Origin: Gracilinanus agilis
Taxonomy: Eukaryota
Direction: 5' to 3'
Length of the DNA: 64,000 nucleotides
Assembly: GCF_016433145.1 (NCBI RefSeq)
Contig: NC_058134.1
Span: 218,425,550 to 218,489,549 of the forward strand
In this document: positions 10,790-21,742 of the stretch, piece after piece
Layout: each line of letters starts with the position of its first letter
Position numbering within the stretch: the stretch's first letter is position 1
Made by a program: the position numbers and the translations under genes
Notes under the pieces: generated by a model
Told to the model about the DNA's origin: nothing
Seen by the model: the letters and a program-made list of their open reading frames with translations, nothing else
The model's database searches: none

Positions 10790-13050
10790 CATTTACAGTT
10801 AGAGAGGACCACATAGATCTAAACCAACCTCTAGGGAAAATTACAAAATTTCATCTGTGACGTAGCTAATAAGAACATCACCCCAAGCAATCCGTTTAAT
10901 TTTTAACCAGTTCTAATTGTTAGATCATTTTTCCTTTGGCTGAGCCAAAGTCAGCCCCTTCCTCCTTCTGCTCTGAGTTATGCCCTCCAGGGCTTAGCTG
11001 AAAAGTACAATCCCTCAGCCACCTGAAGAAGTACAATTTTCAAGTGTTTGAAGACAGAATTGTCCCTCCCCCTACCCCATCGTCTTCTCTTTTCCTGTTT
11101 CAACGTGGAATCACATAGTGTTCCACCTAAAAAACCCAGATCACCCATTCTATCCCTCTCACTTTACAGTTGAAGAAACTGAGGCCCAGAGGGGAAGTGA
11201 CCTGCCCAGAGTTACATGAGGGTAAAGTGGCATAACTGGGACTTAAACTAAGGCCTTTTGGACCTCCAGCCCAGTGCCTTTTGTCTCCTCAGCCCCACTG
11301 CCTCTCTAGTTCCTTTTAATTGATCATTGTTTATTTATTTATTTGTTTGGTTGGTTTTTTATTTGTTGTTTATTCCCTTCTCTTCTTTCTCCTATGCATG
11401 TGCTCTAACTTGCTAATGTCCCTTCTAAGACATGGGCCCCAGCTGGCCCCAGGACTTGAGAGGTGATTTAACCAGTACAGAGAATAACAGGGCAGTTTGA
11501 CTTCAACCCAGTGGAAAAATTTTGGACTGATCTGTTAGAGCCCCAGGGCATTTCAACAGAGAAGGTCCCCCATTCTTATAGGATCACAGAGTGAAGGATG
11601 AAAGGGCATTCAGAGACCATCTTACAAATGAGGAAACTGAGGCATGGAGAAGAAAAATGATTGACCCAAGATTCCCCCAGATAGAGTAGGAGTTAGAGGT
11701 GCCTCCCTACTTCTCTTGTCCAGGACCTTAGAGACAGTTCCTTTGATTCTAAACTGTACAGCTCTTAATCACCAAAGGTAGTAACATCTCATCCGACCTG
11801 AACCTGAATAAGAAGCCCACATTAAAGCAGTCCCAGGCTTCACTGCATCCCCATTCCCCTCTCCATCAACCCTCACTGTTAGTACATGTCTACCCATTGT
11901 TCTTAGTTCTGCCCCAATAGGCAATAAGCTCCTTGAGTATATGAGTCCTCCTATCACTCAGCAAACCTTCCTTAAGGTGCTGGCCTTGGTTATCAAGTGG
12001 AAGAAGGCTTCGTCCTGACTGCCTCCAAACAAACTGGAGTTGAAGAAATCATTAAATCTGCCTACAGAGTTAGTAGAAGCCTCTCTGTTAGCCAGCTCCA
12101 AACCCACCCATCCATATTAGCATCTAATCTATCTCACCCCACCCCCTCTTATAAATTGGAATATAATTAAATAGTTTATTAAATAACTTGATGAAATGTA
12201 AATATATTTGCCTTGAAATCCAAATCTAGGACCCTTGTCAAAAAAGAAAATAAAGTTGGGCTGGTGTGACTTGATCTTAGTGAACCCATGACAGTTCTTA
12301 GTGGTCACCCTTTCCTTTCAAAGTGTTCACCTATTGGCCGTTTCATAACCTGGGCCTGGATTTTATGAGGAATTTGTCTTTCTGGTTCCTACAGCACCTC
12401 TTATGTTTGCAGTAATTCCTCAAAGTTCATTATTGATTTTTTTAACTGTTTGCAAATTCTTTGAGTTATCCCAGGGTGCAGTTATGCCAGACCAGGTGAT
12501 TTGAATTCATTAAGGGGCAGCACCATACTTTCTCCCCTCCTTCTCCTTGATTTCTATTCCCCATTAACCACTTTTGTTCTCTTTCCCTCCTTAATAGAGA
12601 AACCACAGAGAAAATAGGATTTGAGGAATTAGGGAAAAGGAGAGGCCTGGTTCTTCCTTAAACTTCTTAGTCCCCAAATAGCTCTGTTTTATTGTCTTTG
12701 GCATTTATTGCATTCCCATGATCATGCTGGGTTTTAGCCTTCCTGACAATGTTCTTACAGGAGGCCTGGGCCATTTTAAAAATATTTATCCTCGGGTGCC
12801 AGGTCTCACTTTCCTCTCTTTTATAAATCCTTTTAAAAATTCAAGCGTATTTAATGAGCTCCCTCTTTAGCTACATCATTCTTTTTGACACCTTCCCCTC
12901 CTGTTGATTGGAATAAAGATTGGCATCTATGAAAAGTGTCTGGGCAGAATTTTATTCATCTTTCTTAAACTGACTTCCCTTCACAGACTTTAAGGTAGGA
13001 TCCCAAGAGCCTATTTTATCTCTGAATTTTCTTCAGTGTATTCTGCTGAA
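10790..13050 (-). mobile_element. Fragmented L3/CR1 LINE (RT region and 3' end) interrupted by SINEs
   Basis: 3'-end motifs (ccagttctaattgttag, ttcaagtgtttgaagacag) near 10900-11050; RT-region motif gtcaaaaaagaaaataaagttgggctggtgtgacttgatcttagtgaacccatg near 12240 matches the 46650 copy. Confidence 0.75.
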
Positions 13051-13372
13051 GTTTAGGCTAAGGTCCCAAGCCCACTCTGCCCAGCATTCTTCTCCTTGTC
13101 CATCCCAGGCTCAAGATGGTGTGCTCCTGCCCCTTGAGGACCCATTGTTTTTCTTTCCCTGGGTCCCTGGTGGTACACCTATGGCATGTGTGCCAGAGGA
13201 GGCACTCAGAGCCCTCTCTGTGAGCACGAGCTGTTGTCCCTGCACAGAGTTCACAAGAGTTCATTACTAGAAAGTCAGAGGGATGTGGGCTAGGCTGCTC
13301 CTCTCACCCTCTCCACATGTGCCTGAGGACATCACCTACCTCTCTAAAAGGATCACCAACACTGCCCTAGAT

Positions 13373-13587
13373 CAGTGATGAACAAACTAAAGCCTGGGGG
13401 GCCAGGTGTGGGGGAAAGGGGGGACCTGAAATGTTCTATCCGGCACCTCAGCATTATTCCTAATCTGACGAATACAATGAGTAGGATACGATACAATGAA
13501 ACTTTGAAAGAGTTGCCTTAGAAACAGACTGACAGATGAGCATTTCCTTTCCTTTGGCCCCCTCTTTAAAAAGTTTGCCCATCACTG
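13373..13587. mobile_element. hAT-Charlie MITE, family B (OposCharlie-like)
   Basis: 16-bp TIRs cagtgatgaacaaact / agtttgcccatcactg (14/16 complementary); 8-bp TSD ccctagat / agctagat (6/8). Confidence 0.9.
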
Positions 13588-13678
13588 AGCTAGATGGTTC
13601 TTCCTCATTGATTATTGAAAAAACCCAGAAGAGCAATGCCTCATGTCACTCTCTCCACCTTCTGAGCAAAGAAGGCAC

Positions 13679-13950
13679 TTTTATTTTTTATTTTTTTAGA
13701 AAAATTTTCTCCATGGTTACATGATTTATGTTCTTGCTCTCCCCTCCTTCCCAACCCCCCTACCTAGCTGGCGAGCATTTCCACTGGTTTTAACATGTTG
13801 TTGATCAAGACTTATTTCCAAATTGTTGATAGTTGCATTGGGGTGGTAGTTTCGAGTCTACATCCCCAATCATGTCCGCCTCAACCCATTTGTTCAAGCA
13901 GTTGTTTTTCTTCTGTGTTTCCTCCCCTGTAGTTCTTCCTCTGAATGTGG
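13679..13950 (-). mobile_element. 5'-truncated marsupial L1 3' end with poly(A)
   Basis: T-rich tail at 13679-13700 followed by ccatggttacatgatttatgttc...cccatttgttcaagcagttgtttttcttctgtgtttcc..ctgaatgtgg; reverse complement of the same sequence at 52330-52610. Confidence 0.88.
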
Positions 13951-14052
13951 CACCAGTCAGGAATGTCCCGCCGCCTCTCTGTCCCCTGCCACGATTGTCA
14001 GTGCCACTCTGTAACCCTCGGGTCACCGAGAACATCATCCATTCCTCCATGG

Positions 14053-14240
14053 CCATGTTGGAGAACCCATGGCAGCATGTCAGAGAGGGCTGCTCCCCTG
14101 CCCCTCTCCGTGGAGCCTGAGGACATTGCTGCCATCACCCGCCCCTCTGCCCAGCAGCCCGCTGGGAGCGCTTCCTCTCTCTCCTGCCTGGGGTAGGGTG
14201 CCATTTGGGCACTGGGTCTCTAGAAGGTTCACCATCACTT
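14053..14240 (-). mobile_element. hAT MITE, family A copy 2
   Basis: Ends ccatgttggagaaccc and aggttcaccatcactt; its reverse complement aligns by eye with 8744-8953; TSD not recognisable. Confidence 0.82.
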
Positions 14241-16601
14241 GTCTGGGCTCCGCGTACCTCTGTGTGCCATACCCACCTCATTGCTGGGTTGGCTCCAGGT
14301 GGAGCTCCGTTCCGTCCCTCTCTCGTCTTTCCCGGGTGCTCTGCTCCTGGCTGCCCATGACTGAGCTGCCTGACAGCTCATTCTTTTTTGGCCAGTTGTA
14401 CCCACTGAGTTTATACTTGTCTTATTCCTCCACAAATGGGCTTCTTAGTCATTTTGTGACTGTGGGTTTTACTCCCTCCACAGGGCACAACAGATTTCCC
14501 TTCTGAGCAAGGGACCCAAAGCAGGGGTCCAGGCAGGAAATCATGTGGGCAGACACTTTGTAGGGGACCTTCACCCAAGAGCTTACATCCGGCTTCTTGT
14601 TTGGAGTAAGACAAAAGTCATAGAGCCCACAGGAAGGCCCTGTGAAAATATGTACTTGACTGTTAGTGAAACAATTGGTCAGCATGTAGCCTTTCCTGAC
14701 TCTCAGCTTGTGAAATGTCTACACCTGCTAGAGAAGTGGAGACGAGACCACCCAGGCTACTGGCGTCCTTATACCAGAAGGACTTGCTTGATTCGTTCCC
14801 CTTCAGCATATACTAAGTGAGTGCTATCCAATCAATCTGTCATAGAATCTCTGATGTACAAGTGATGGTCTGGCCTGAATGCTGCCTCAGGACATTCTTC
14901 CTTTCCTGACGGGCCAACGAGCGGCCATCTAGCCTCTGCTTAAACACCCCCAGTGGTGGGGCACTCACTCCCTTACTCCATCTTACAAGGAGGGCGTTCC
15001 ACATCGGAGCCAGGACTTGAATCCAGGGCTCCTGACTCCTCAGAACACAGCTTTTTGCATGCCAACATTTGTTATGAGCAGAGCCCTGACAGAGGTACAA
15101 AGTTTAAATAAGACATAATCCCTGCCTACATGTAACTTACAGTCTAGAAGAGTAATAAAGCATAGCAGTGCCTGCCAGATGCATTCAGGAGTTACAGAGT
15201 CAAACACTATGAGGTCCAAAAAGGGAGCGCATCAGTGTAGGCAGCCTGGAGGGGGAACCATTTGAATTGGGCTTTTTGTGATGGTTATAAACTTAGCAGC
15301 CAGGGAGGGAGGGAGCACATTCCAGGCAGAGATGGCATTGTGAACAGCGGCATCCAGAATGGGGGAGGACTTGGCAGGATCTTTCCAGAGGCTCAAAACA
15401 GCTCAGCCAAATCCTGGAGCGTGCTAAGTGAGGGTGCCTCTCAACCGAAGTTCACATGAGGGTAATTTAATGATGTTGACAGGAGCCGATGGGATGGGGA
15501 GAGTGGCGGGTAGTGCTTCGCTTCTGAGAAGTGGAGACGAGAGGAAACTTAGCCAAGGCCAAAAATGGACTGCTCAGATCTGAAGCAGTGGGCCCAAGCT
15601 GTTTCAAGTCGTCAAGAACCTGTTTTCAAAGGGACTTTTGTCCTGGGAAGGAAGTCGGGAGTGAGCAGAGGACAGAGAATGAATGGGGGATTTCAGAATG
15701 GCCAGGTCGAAAGAACTGTGGAGGGCCCTGTGGGGAGTGAAGGCGAAGAGAGGGCCCCAAGTATGGCAAGCAGAGAAGAGGATTTTGGCATAGATCAAGG
15801 GGCTGAGAAAGCAGGTGGCCTTGTCCGGGAGCCAGGTGCCGCAGTGGGAATCGATGAGCAGGCTCTTACAGTAGAAAAGATATTACAAAATGGAAACAGC
15901 CAAGCCATCGCAAGAAAGGCCAGCAATCTATGGGAAAGGTGGGGAGGATAAAGGCAAATAAAAGTCTGGGCACAGACACCAGCCCCCTCGAGGGCTGTAG
16001 GACAAAGAGGAATTCAATTTCTCCAAGGCTCGCCTGTATAAAGACCGAAGCTCCCAGAGTGAACTCGGTGCCATAGACCTTTTCGTTTGGAGGCACCAAT
16101 TTATGGTGCTATCAAGTAACAAGGAAAGCTGAGAAAATCAATCTCAGTAGGTGTAAGATGAGTTTGGCGAAACAAACTGAGCAGCTGCAAATAAAGCTCG
16201 AGAAGAAGAGTCTGTAGGGACGAAACAATAACAGTAATAAACTGGTGGGCAGGCGTGGATGAGATCACTTGAAAATGGGCTTCAGGGTAGCCAGAATCCT
16301 GGTTGCCCTCTTGCTTCCCATAACCGTAGCTGATTTTTAATTTTGAAAGACCACTCATGTCCCTCCCCAGGCCAAATTAATTTATAGGATTAATTTCTAT
16401 AGAATTTTTAAAGTGAAAAAATACTTTCCCTACTGGAACCCTGCAGAGTGTTATTATCTCCATGGGACAAACTGAGGCCAGAGGGGTTTGTGACTTGCTC
16501 TAGGTCATGTAGGTAATAAGTGGCAGAGCTGGAATTTGAATCAGTTTTTTTCTGTCTGTCAATCTGGCCCTAACACTGTGATTGGACTGGGCCATCTAGT
16601 C

Positions 16602-16812
16602 TTTTTTTTTTTTTTTAACCCTTACCTTCCATCTTAGCATCAATATTGTGTATTAGTTGAAAGACAGAAGAGCAGTAAGGGCTAGGCAACAGGGCTAATT
16701 AGGTATCTTGCCCAAAGTCACACAGCTAGGAAGTGTCTGAGGTCAGATTTGAATCCAGGACCTTGTATCTTCAGGCCTGGCTGTCTATCCACTGAGCCAC
16801 CTAGCTGCCCCA
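16602..16812 (-). mobile_element. Full-length SINE1_Mdo-type SINE with TSD
   Basis: poly-T, then aacccttaccttcc..., ending gagccacctagctgcccc; TSD gggccatctagtctt (16589-16603) / gggtcatctagtctt (16813-16827) followed by AA. Confidence 0.92.
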
Positions 16813-17687
16813 GGGTCATCTAGTCTTAACCCTCTTATTTTGGAGTCTGCAGGAATGAGACCCATGAAGAGAGGTAGAGACACCCAAGTTTCCAAATGTC
16901 CAAGATGGGACTGAACTCAGTCATTCAGGTGGGAATTCCATATCTGGAATGTTCCAAGGCATCACTTTGGTCCTTTGTGACTAGTGCCCAAAGATAGTGT
17001 CTTTATTGTGAAATGGAGAGGAGCGAGTCTCCTTGTTGGCATTTAAGTAAGCTTGTCATTCCTGCCCTCGGCCCATTCAGCCAGCATCGGCTAGGTGCCT
17101 ACTCAGGGCCAAGGCATTGCTCTGGGAGCGTCTGGGCATGCAAAGATAAAAACAGAAGGCCTTGCCCTCCAGGAGCTTCCCTTCTTCTTCCCCCTCCTTC
17201 TACTGTCTGGATCTCCTATGGACATAGCATGTCATTTTAGACTGGCTGGGTCCAAAGAATGGTTGTGCAGTTTGCAGACTAGGGAGTGAAGGTGAAGAGA
17301 GGGATCCCCCACCTCTATTAGACTGGAGGCTCCTGAGGGCAAGCCCTTCTTCTGCCTCTTTTTGTATCACCAGTGCTTAGCGCAGTGCCTGGTACAGAGT
17401 AGGGGCTTAATAAATGCTTGTTGACTGACTTGTTGTTAACAAGCAGGAAGTACAACCATGTGGACCTAGTGAGTTTCAATATCTATTCCTATCGTCCCCG
17501 AATGTCATAGTTAACCATAACCATAACCTTTTCCCCTTTAGCAGATGACCACAGACGTTTGCAGCCTCCTTCTCCTGGAGCTATTATGGGTGTTAGTTCC
17601 CTGGCTGAAGGCAGTTTGTTTTGGTGCAAGAAAGGTCAAAGACTGACCAGGACTTTGAGCTTTTCTTCTGCTCCTTTGGCTTCCTAG

Positions 17688-17767
17688 GAGATGCCACTGT
17701 CGGGAAGAGCACCCTGGCTCAGATGTTCCGCAGTGATGGGGCTCATTTCCAGAAGAACTACACGTTG
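17688..17767 (+). CDS. IFT27: IFT27 coding exon 2 ([27 protein letters not shown]), P-loop
   Basis: Pyrimidine tract plus ttcctag| acceptor, branch-like gactgac at 17641; donor TTG|gtgagt; 80 nt. Confidence 0.97.
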
Positions 17768-18163
17768 GTGAGTATCCATCTGAGGGCAGCACACAGCCAG
17801 AGTGGGCTCTAAGGAATGATTGACTGCTAGATGGGATGCAAAGAGAGGAGGAAATCCTTAGAGGAACCGGCAACAATCTGGCCTGTCGGAGAAGAAGCAG
17901 CCAGTCATATAGCCAAATGGAGACATTTTTCCCAAAGGTCTCAGATGGCATGGTATTACAGTTACATGGCATCTACAAATCTGACCAGCATCTTAGTCTT
18001 AATGTTCAACAGCTCCCCCATGGAAGTGGCATGAAATGAAGTCTGTGCAGCCTACATGAAGTACATGCCTGCTGTCTGCTCAGTCCCTGTCCTTGAGCTG
18101 ATAGCCTCTTAGTGAGATAAGAAACATAAATAACTGTATTAAAAGTTAGAAAACAAAGGACGT

Positions 18164-18360
18164 AGGGAGCAGCTAGGTGGCTCAGTAGATAGAGAGCCAG
18201 GCCTAGAGATGAGAGGTCCTGGATTCACATGTGACCTGAGACACTTCCTAGCTGGGTGACCCTGGGCAAGTCACTTAAACCTCATTGCCTAGCCTTTACC
18301 ACTTTTCTGCCTTAGAACCATTAAACAATATTGATTCTAAGAAGGAAGGTAAGGATTTAA
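18164..18360 (+). mobile_element. SINE1_Mdo-type SINE (older host copy)
   Basis: gggagcagctaggtggctcagtagatagagagccaggcc...gaaggtaaggatttaa. Confidence 0.9.
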
Positions 18361-18372
18361 AAGAGAGGGAGC

Positions 18373-18600
18373 GGGGGCAGCTGGGTAGCTCAGTGGATGG
18401 AGAGCCAGGCCTAGAGATGGGAAGTCCTAGGTTCAAATCTGGCCTCAGACACTTCCCAGCTGTGTGACCCTGGGCAAGTCACTTGACCCCCATTGCCTAC
18501 CCTTACCAATACATAGTATTGACTTCAAGATGGAAGGTAAAGGTTTCAAAAAAATAATAAAAACAAAACAAAACAAAATAAAATAAAATAAAATAAAATA
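18373..18600 (+). mobile_element. SINE1_Mdo-type SINE inserted in the tail of the preceding copy; tail expanded to (caaaa)/(taaaa)n
   Basis: gggggcagctgggtagctcagtgg head; TSD aaaagagagg at 18359-18368 and 18600-18609. Confidence 0.9.
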
Positions 18601-18634
18601 AAAGAGAGGAAGAAAATGAGAGAAAAAGAAAGAG

Positions 18635-18789
18635 NNNNNNNNNNNNNNNNNNNNNNNNNNNNNNNNNNNNNNNNNNNNNNNNNNNNNNNNNNNNNNNNNN
18701 NNNNNNNNNNNNNNNNNNNNNNNNNNNNNNNNNNNNNNNNNNNNNNNNNNNNNNNNNNNNNNNNNNNNNNNNNNNNNNNNNNNNNNNNN
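18635..18789. other. Assembly gap (N run) next to purine-rich repeat
   Basis: 155 N. Confidence 0.99.
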
Positions 18790-20210
18790 AGAGTTCCTCA
18801 TCAACTATAGGAATGGCTTGAGAATAGACAAGATCAGGAGAGGCCAGAACCTGACTGGGAACTGTGCAGTGGGCCAGTTTGCCCATCCCCAAGAAAAGAA
18901 TACACAGGCCCATACACTGAAACTAGGAGGAAAAATAGTTCAGAACCAGTTTGCAGAGCCCTTCTCCTATAGGTCAATGAGGATGGCAATGGGGAGCCAC
19001 TAGAGGCTTCTGAGCAAGGTAGGGGTGTGGTCACAAATGGAATGCTGGCAGCGCCATTTTGGAACCAGCATGAAGAAGAGACTGAGTACAGCAAGGTTTA
19101 ATACCACATCGGCTGTGAGAGAGAAAGAGAAGAACTATGAAGAGCTCCAAAACTTCTAGCCTGGGTGGCTTGGGGCCAGGGACAGTAGTATCCTCAAAGG
19201 AATATCAAAACTGGGGAGAAGAAAGCACAGAGTAATAGAAGATTCAGGAGAGGCAGAAGATTTCCAAAATACTTTCAAACCGGATCTCATTGGGTCCTCT
19301 TAACAACCATGGGAGGGAAGCATGATATTTATCCCCATTTTACAGATAAGGAAACTGGCAGAGAGTAGGTGGCTTGCCCAGGGCCACATAGCTGGTAAAT
19401 GTCTGAAGCCAGACTTGAACACTTGTCTTCCTGACCCCAGGCCTTACACTCTCTACCACTGCATAACCCAGCTGCTTCAATCTGAGGCATCACTGAGATG
19501 CCCAACAAGCTCTTACCTTTAGCCCATTGTCTCCTGTTTAATAATAATAATGTGAATATCATCTTGAGGCTTTTGTATAGCACTGTATAGTTTTCAGAGG
19601 ACCCCTGGGGGGTGGGGGGTGGGGAGTAGCTATTAACCACATTTTGCCAATGAGGAAATGGATCCCCAGAGAAGTCATCTCTCCTTGTAAGTGGCAAAGA
19701 CCTTCTCCAGTTCTTTTACCACTACCTTCATACTAGTAACGAGCCTTCTAAACCCAAAAGCATGGGGAGAGAGCTAGAAGGAGCTACAGGGTCCCTGGGG
19801 ACAGACTCCCTCCACAACTAAGAAGAGGCTAAGGGTCCATGATCAGTGGGCACCTTCGCTCTCCCCCTCCCACCACCCAGCACCCACTGAAGAGGTTGCC
19901 ATCAGGCCTAGAGATCACAGTGGTGATGGTTTCCTTGGAGGTGAGAAGGCCTCTAGGGTTCCAAGCATGTAGACTTGGCGAAGGTCTTTCTAAATCCCTT
20001 TCCGCAGGAATACAAGAAGCTTGGAGCCTTTGAGAGGAAGAGCATCCCATTCACTCATTTGTTCATTCATCCATAGCCTTTCTTACCCACTTCAGAAATC
20101 AAGGCTTTAGAAGGGGCAGCTCATTCTCATCCTCCCGTCCCTGCTCTGCCACCCTGGCACCATGAGCCTCGGAAGCTTCCCCCGCTGATCTTCTTGGTTT
20201 TCATTGGCAG

Positions 20211-20270
20211 ACGACGGGCGTGGATTTGCTGGTGAAGTCCTTGGCGGTTCCTGACACTAATGACAGTGTG
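20211..20270 (+). CDS. IFT27: IFT27 coding exon 3 (TTGVDLLVKSLAVPDTNDSV)
   Basis: ttggcag| acceptor, GTG|gtgagt donor; 60 nt, phase 0; missing from the ORF track but continuous with flanking exons. Confidence 0.96.
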
Positions 20271-21682
20271 GTGAGTCCTCCCTGTGCCGTAACGTGATGC
20301 TGCTGCCGCTCTGGCCTGCTCTCCTCTGACCAGAAAGGCTTCCTCTGGGCCTGGGAGGGTCCTGCTTCTCAGCCTGGTTATTTGCCGGCTTTGGGAAGCC
20401 GGATCCTGAAACTGGTTTTAGGAGATCATGTCAAAACTTGAGGTTCATCCAGCCTGCAGCCTGCCGGACCTCCAGCCACCACCTGCCTCCTGAGATTTGT
20501 ATTTTTCTTTAATTTACCCAATTAGCAAACACGCCCGCACTTGTGGGGGGGGGGAGTCTGACCCTGGCCTGCTAGTGTTGCGTAACTCACTGACTCCAGG
20601 TGTGATGCTAGCAGGCTCGGGTTAATTAGTCATTGTAATTGTAAAAGACTCATGCAGCCGCGCACATCCACACTTGGGATCCAGCCTGACGCCGAGGGCG
20701 CAGAGCTGGCAGCCTCTTCTGGAACACTCGGGGCTCGCACCAAGTCGCTTTGGTGTCAGGCTGCAGAGACTCATTTGGGAACGAGGGCGCCACGACCTGT
20801 CAGTGCGCCCCTTGTCAGGCTGCTTGGTGAGAGGAGCGCTCATCTCTATAGCGGCCCTTCCTTGGCCTGGGATGGCCAGTGAGGAGCTGGCCCGCCTCTG
20901 CCCGGCCACGCGGCCCCCCAGCCTCGCCTCGGTTCTGGCCCTCCAGGATTTGTCCTTTACCTGCATCGCCTCGCCCAGCCCAGAGTCACATCCCCGCCAC
21001 GAGGAGGCCGCCTAGAAGCGGGGCCGAGGAGGCGTTAGTGACCCCATAGTGACTCCGGCCCCTCTTTTACAGATGAGGAGCCTGAGGCCCAGGGAGATGA
21101 TGGGGAAGCGCTTCCTGCCTGTGACGTTCCCTAACTTCTCTCTGTCTCAGCTTCCTCGTCTGTAAAACGAGGGGGTTGGATCCAAGGAGAGGTTCTTCCC
21201 CTTTTAGGTGTGCCCGTCCCGTCCAGCAGTCAGTCCGGGGAAGCCAGGGATCCCTTCTCACGGCCATGTTCTTGAATGCTTACAGTGAGACAGTTACGAA
21301 GGAAACCCGTTCTGTGGAATCGCAGTTATGCCAGTATTTGCAGGTTCAGAATGGCTCTCCTGTGCCTGTGGGGAGGAAGCTTGCTGGCCCTCCCCTGCCT
21401 GCCAGGGGCTTCGTAGGCAGGACGCGTGTCCTTCCCAGCTTGATGAGTGGCGGGTCGCTGCCGAAGCCAACTCCGGAGAGGCCTCGTGCCCTGCTAGGGC
21501 AGCGCTCTCTAATCCTGGCTGTCACCCAGCGCCTGGGCTTTGGGTGCCCTCACACTCGGGACCCCACGTGCCAGGATCCTGAGCTCCCCCCTTTCTGCTT
21601 CCCCCAAACTGAGGGCAGCCTCGGTAGCGCCTCTCTCCCACCTTGGGACTGAGCTGAGACCCACCTTTGTTTCTGTTTCCAG

Positions 21683-21742
21683 GAACTCTTCATCTTTGAT
21701 TCTGCTGGCAAGGAGCTGTTTTCAGAAATGTTGGAGAAGCTG
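21683..21742 (+). CDS. IFT27: IFT27 coding exon 4 (ELFIFDSAGKELFSEMLEKL), G3 motif
   Basis: tttccag| acceptor, CTG|gtaaag donor; 60 nt. Confidence 0.96.

Noticed and set aside
15565-15951. 128-aa E/G-rich ORF in intron 1
   Set aside because: Composition matches purine-rich L2-antisense background; non-ATG start; no domain recognised
18445-18913. ORFs containing X runs (also 34226, 48205, 55289-55754)
   Set aside because: Artefacts of reading through N gaps
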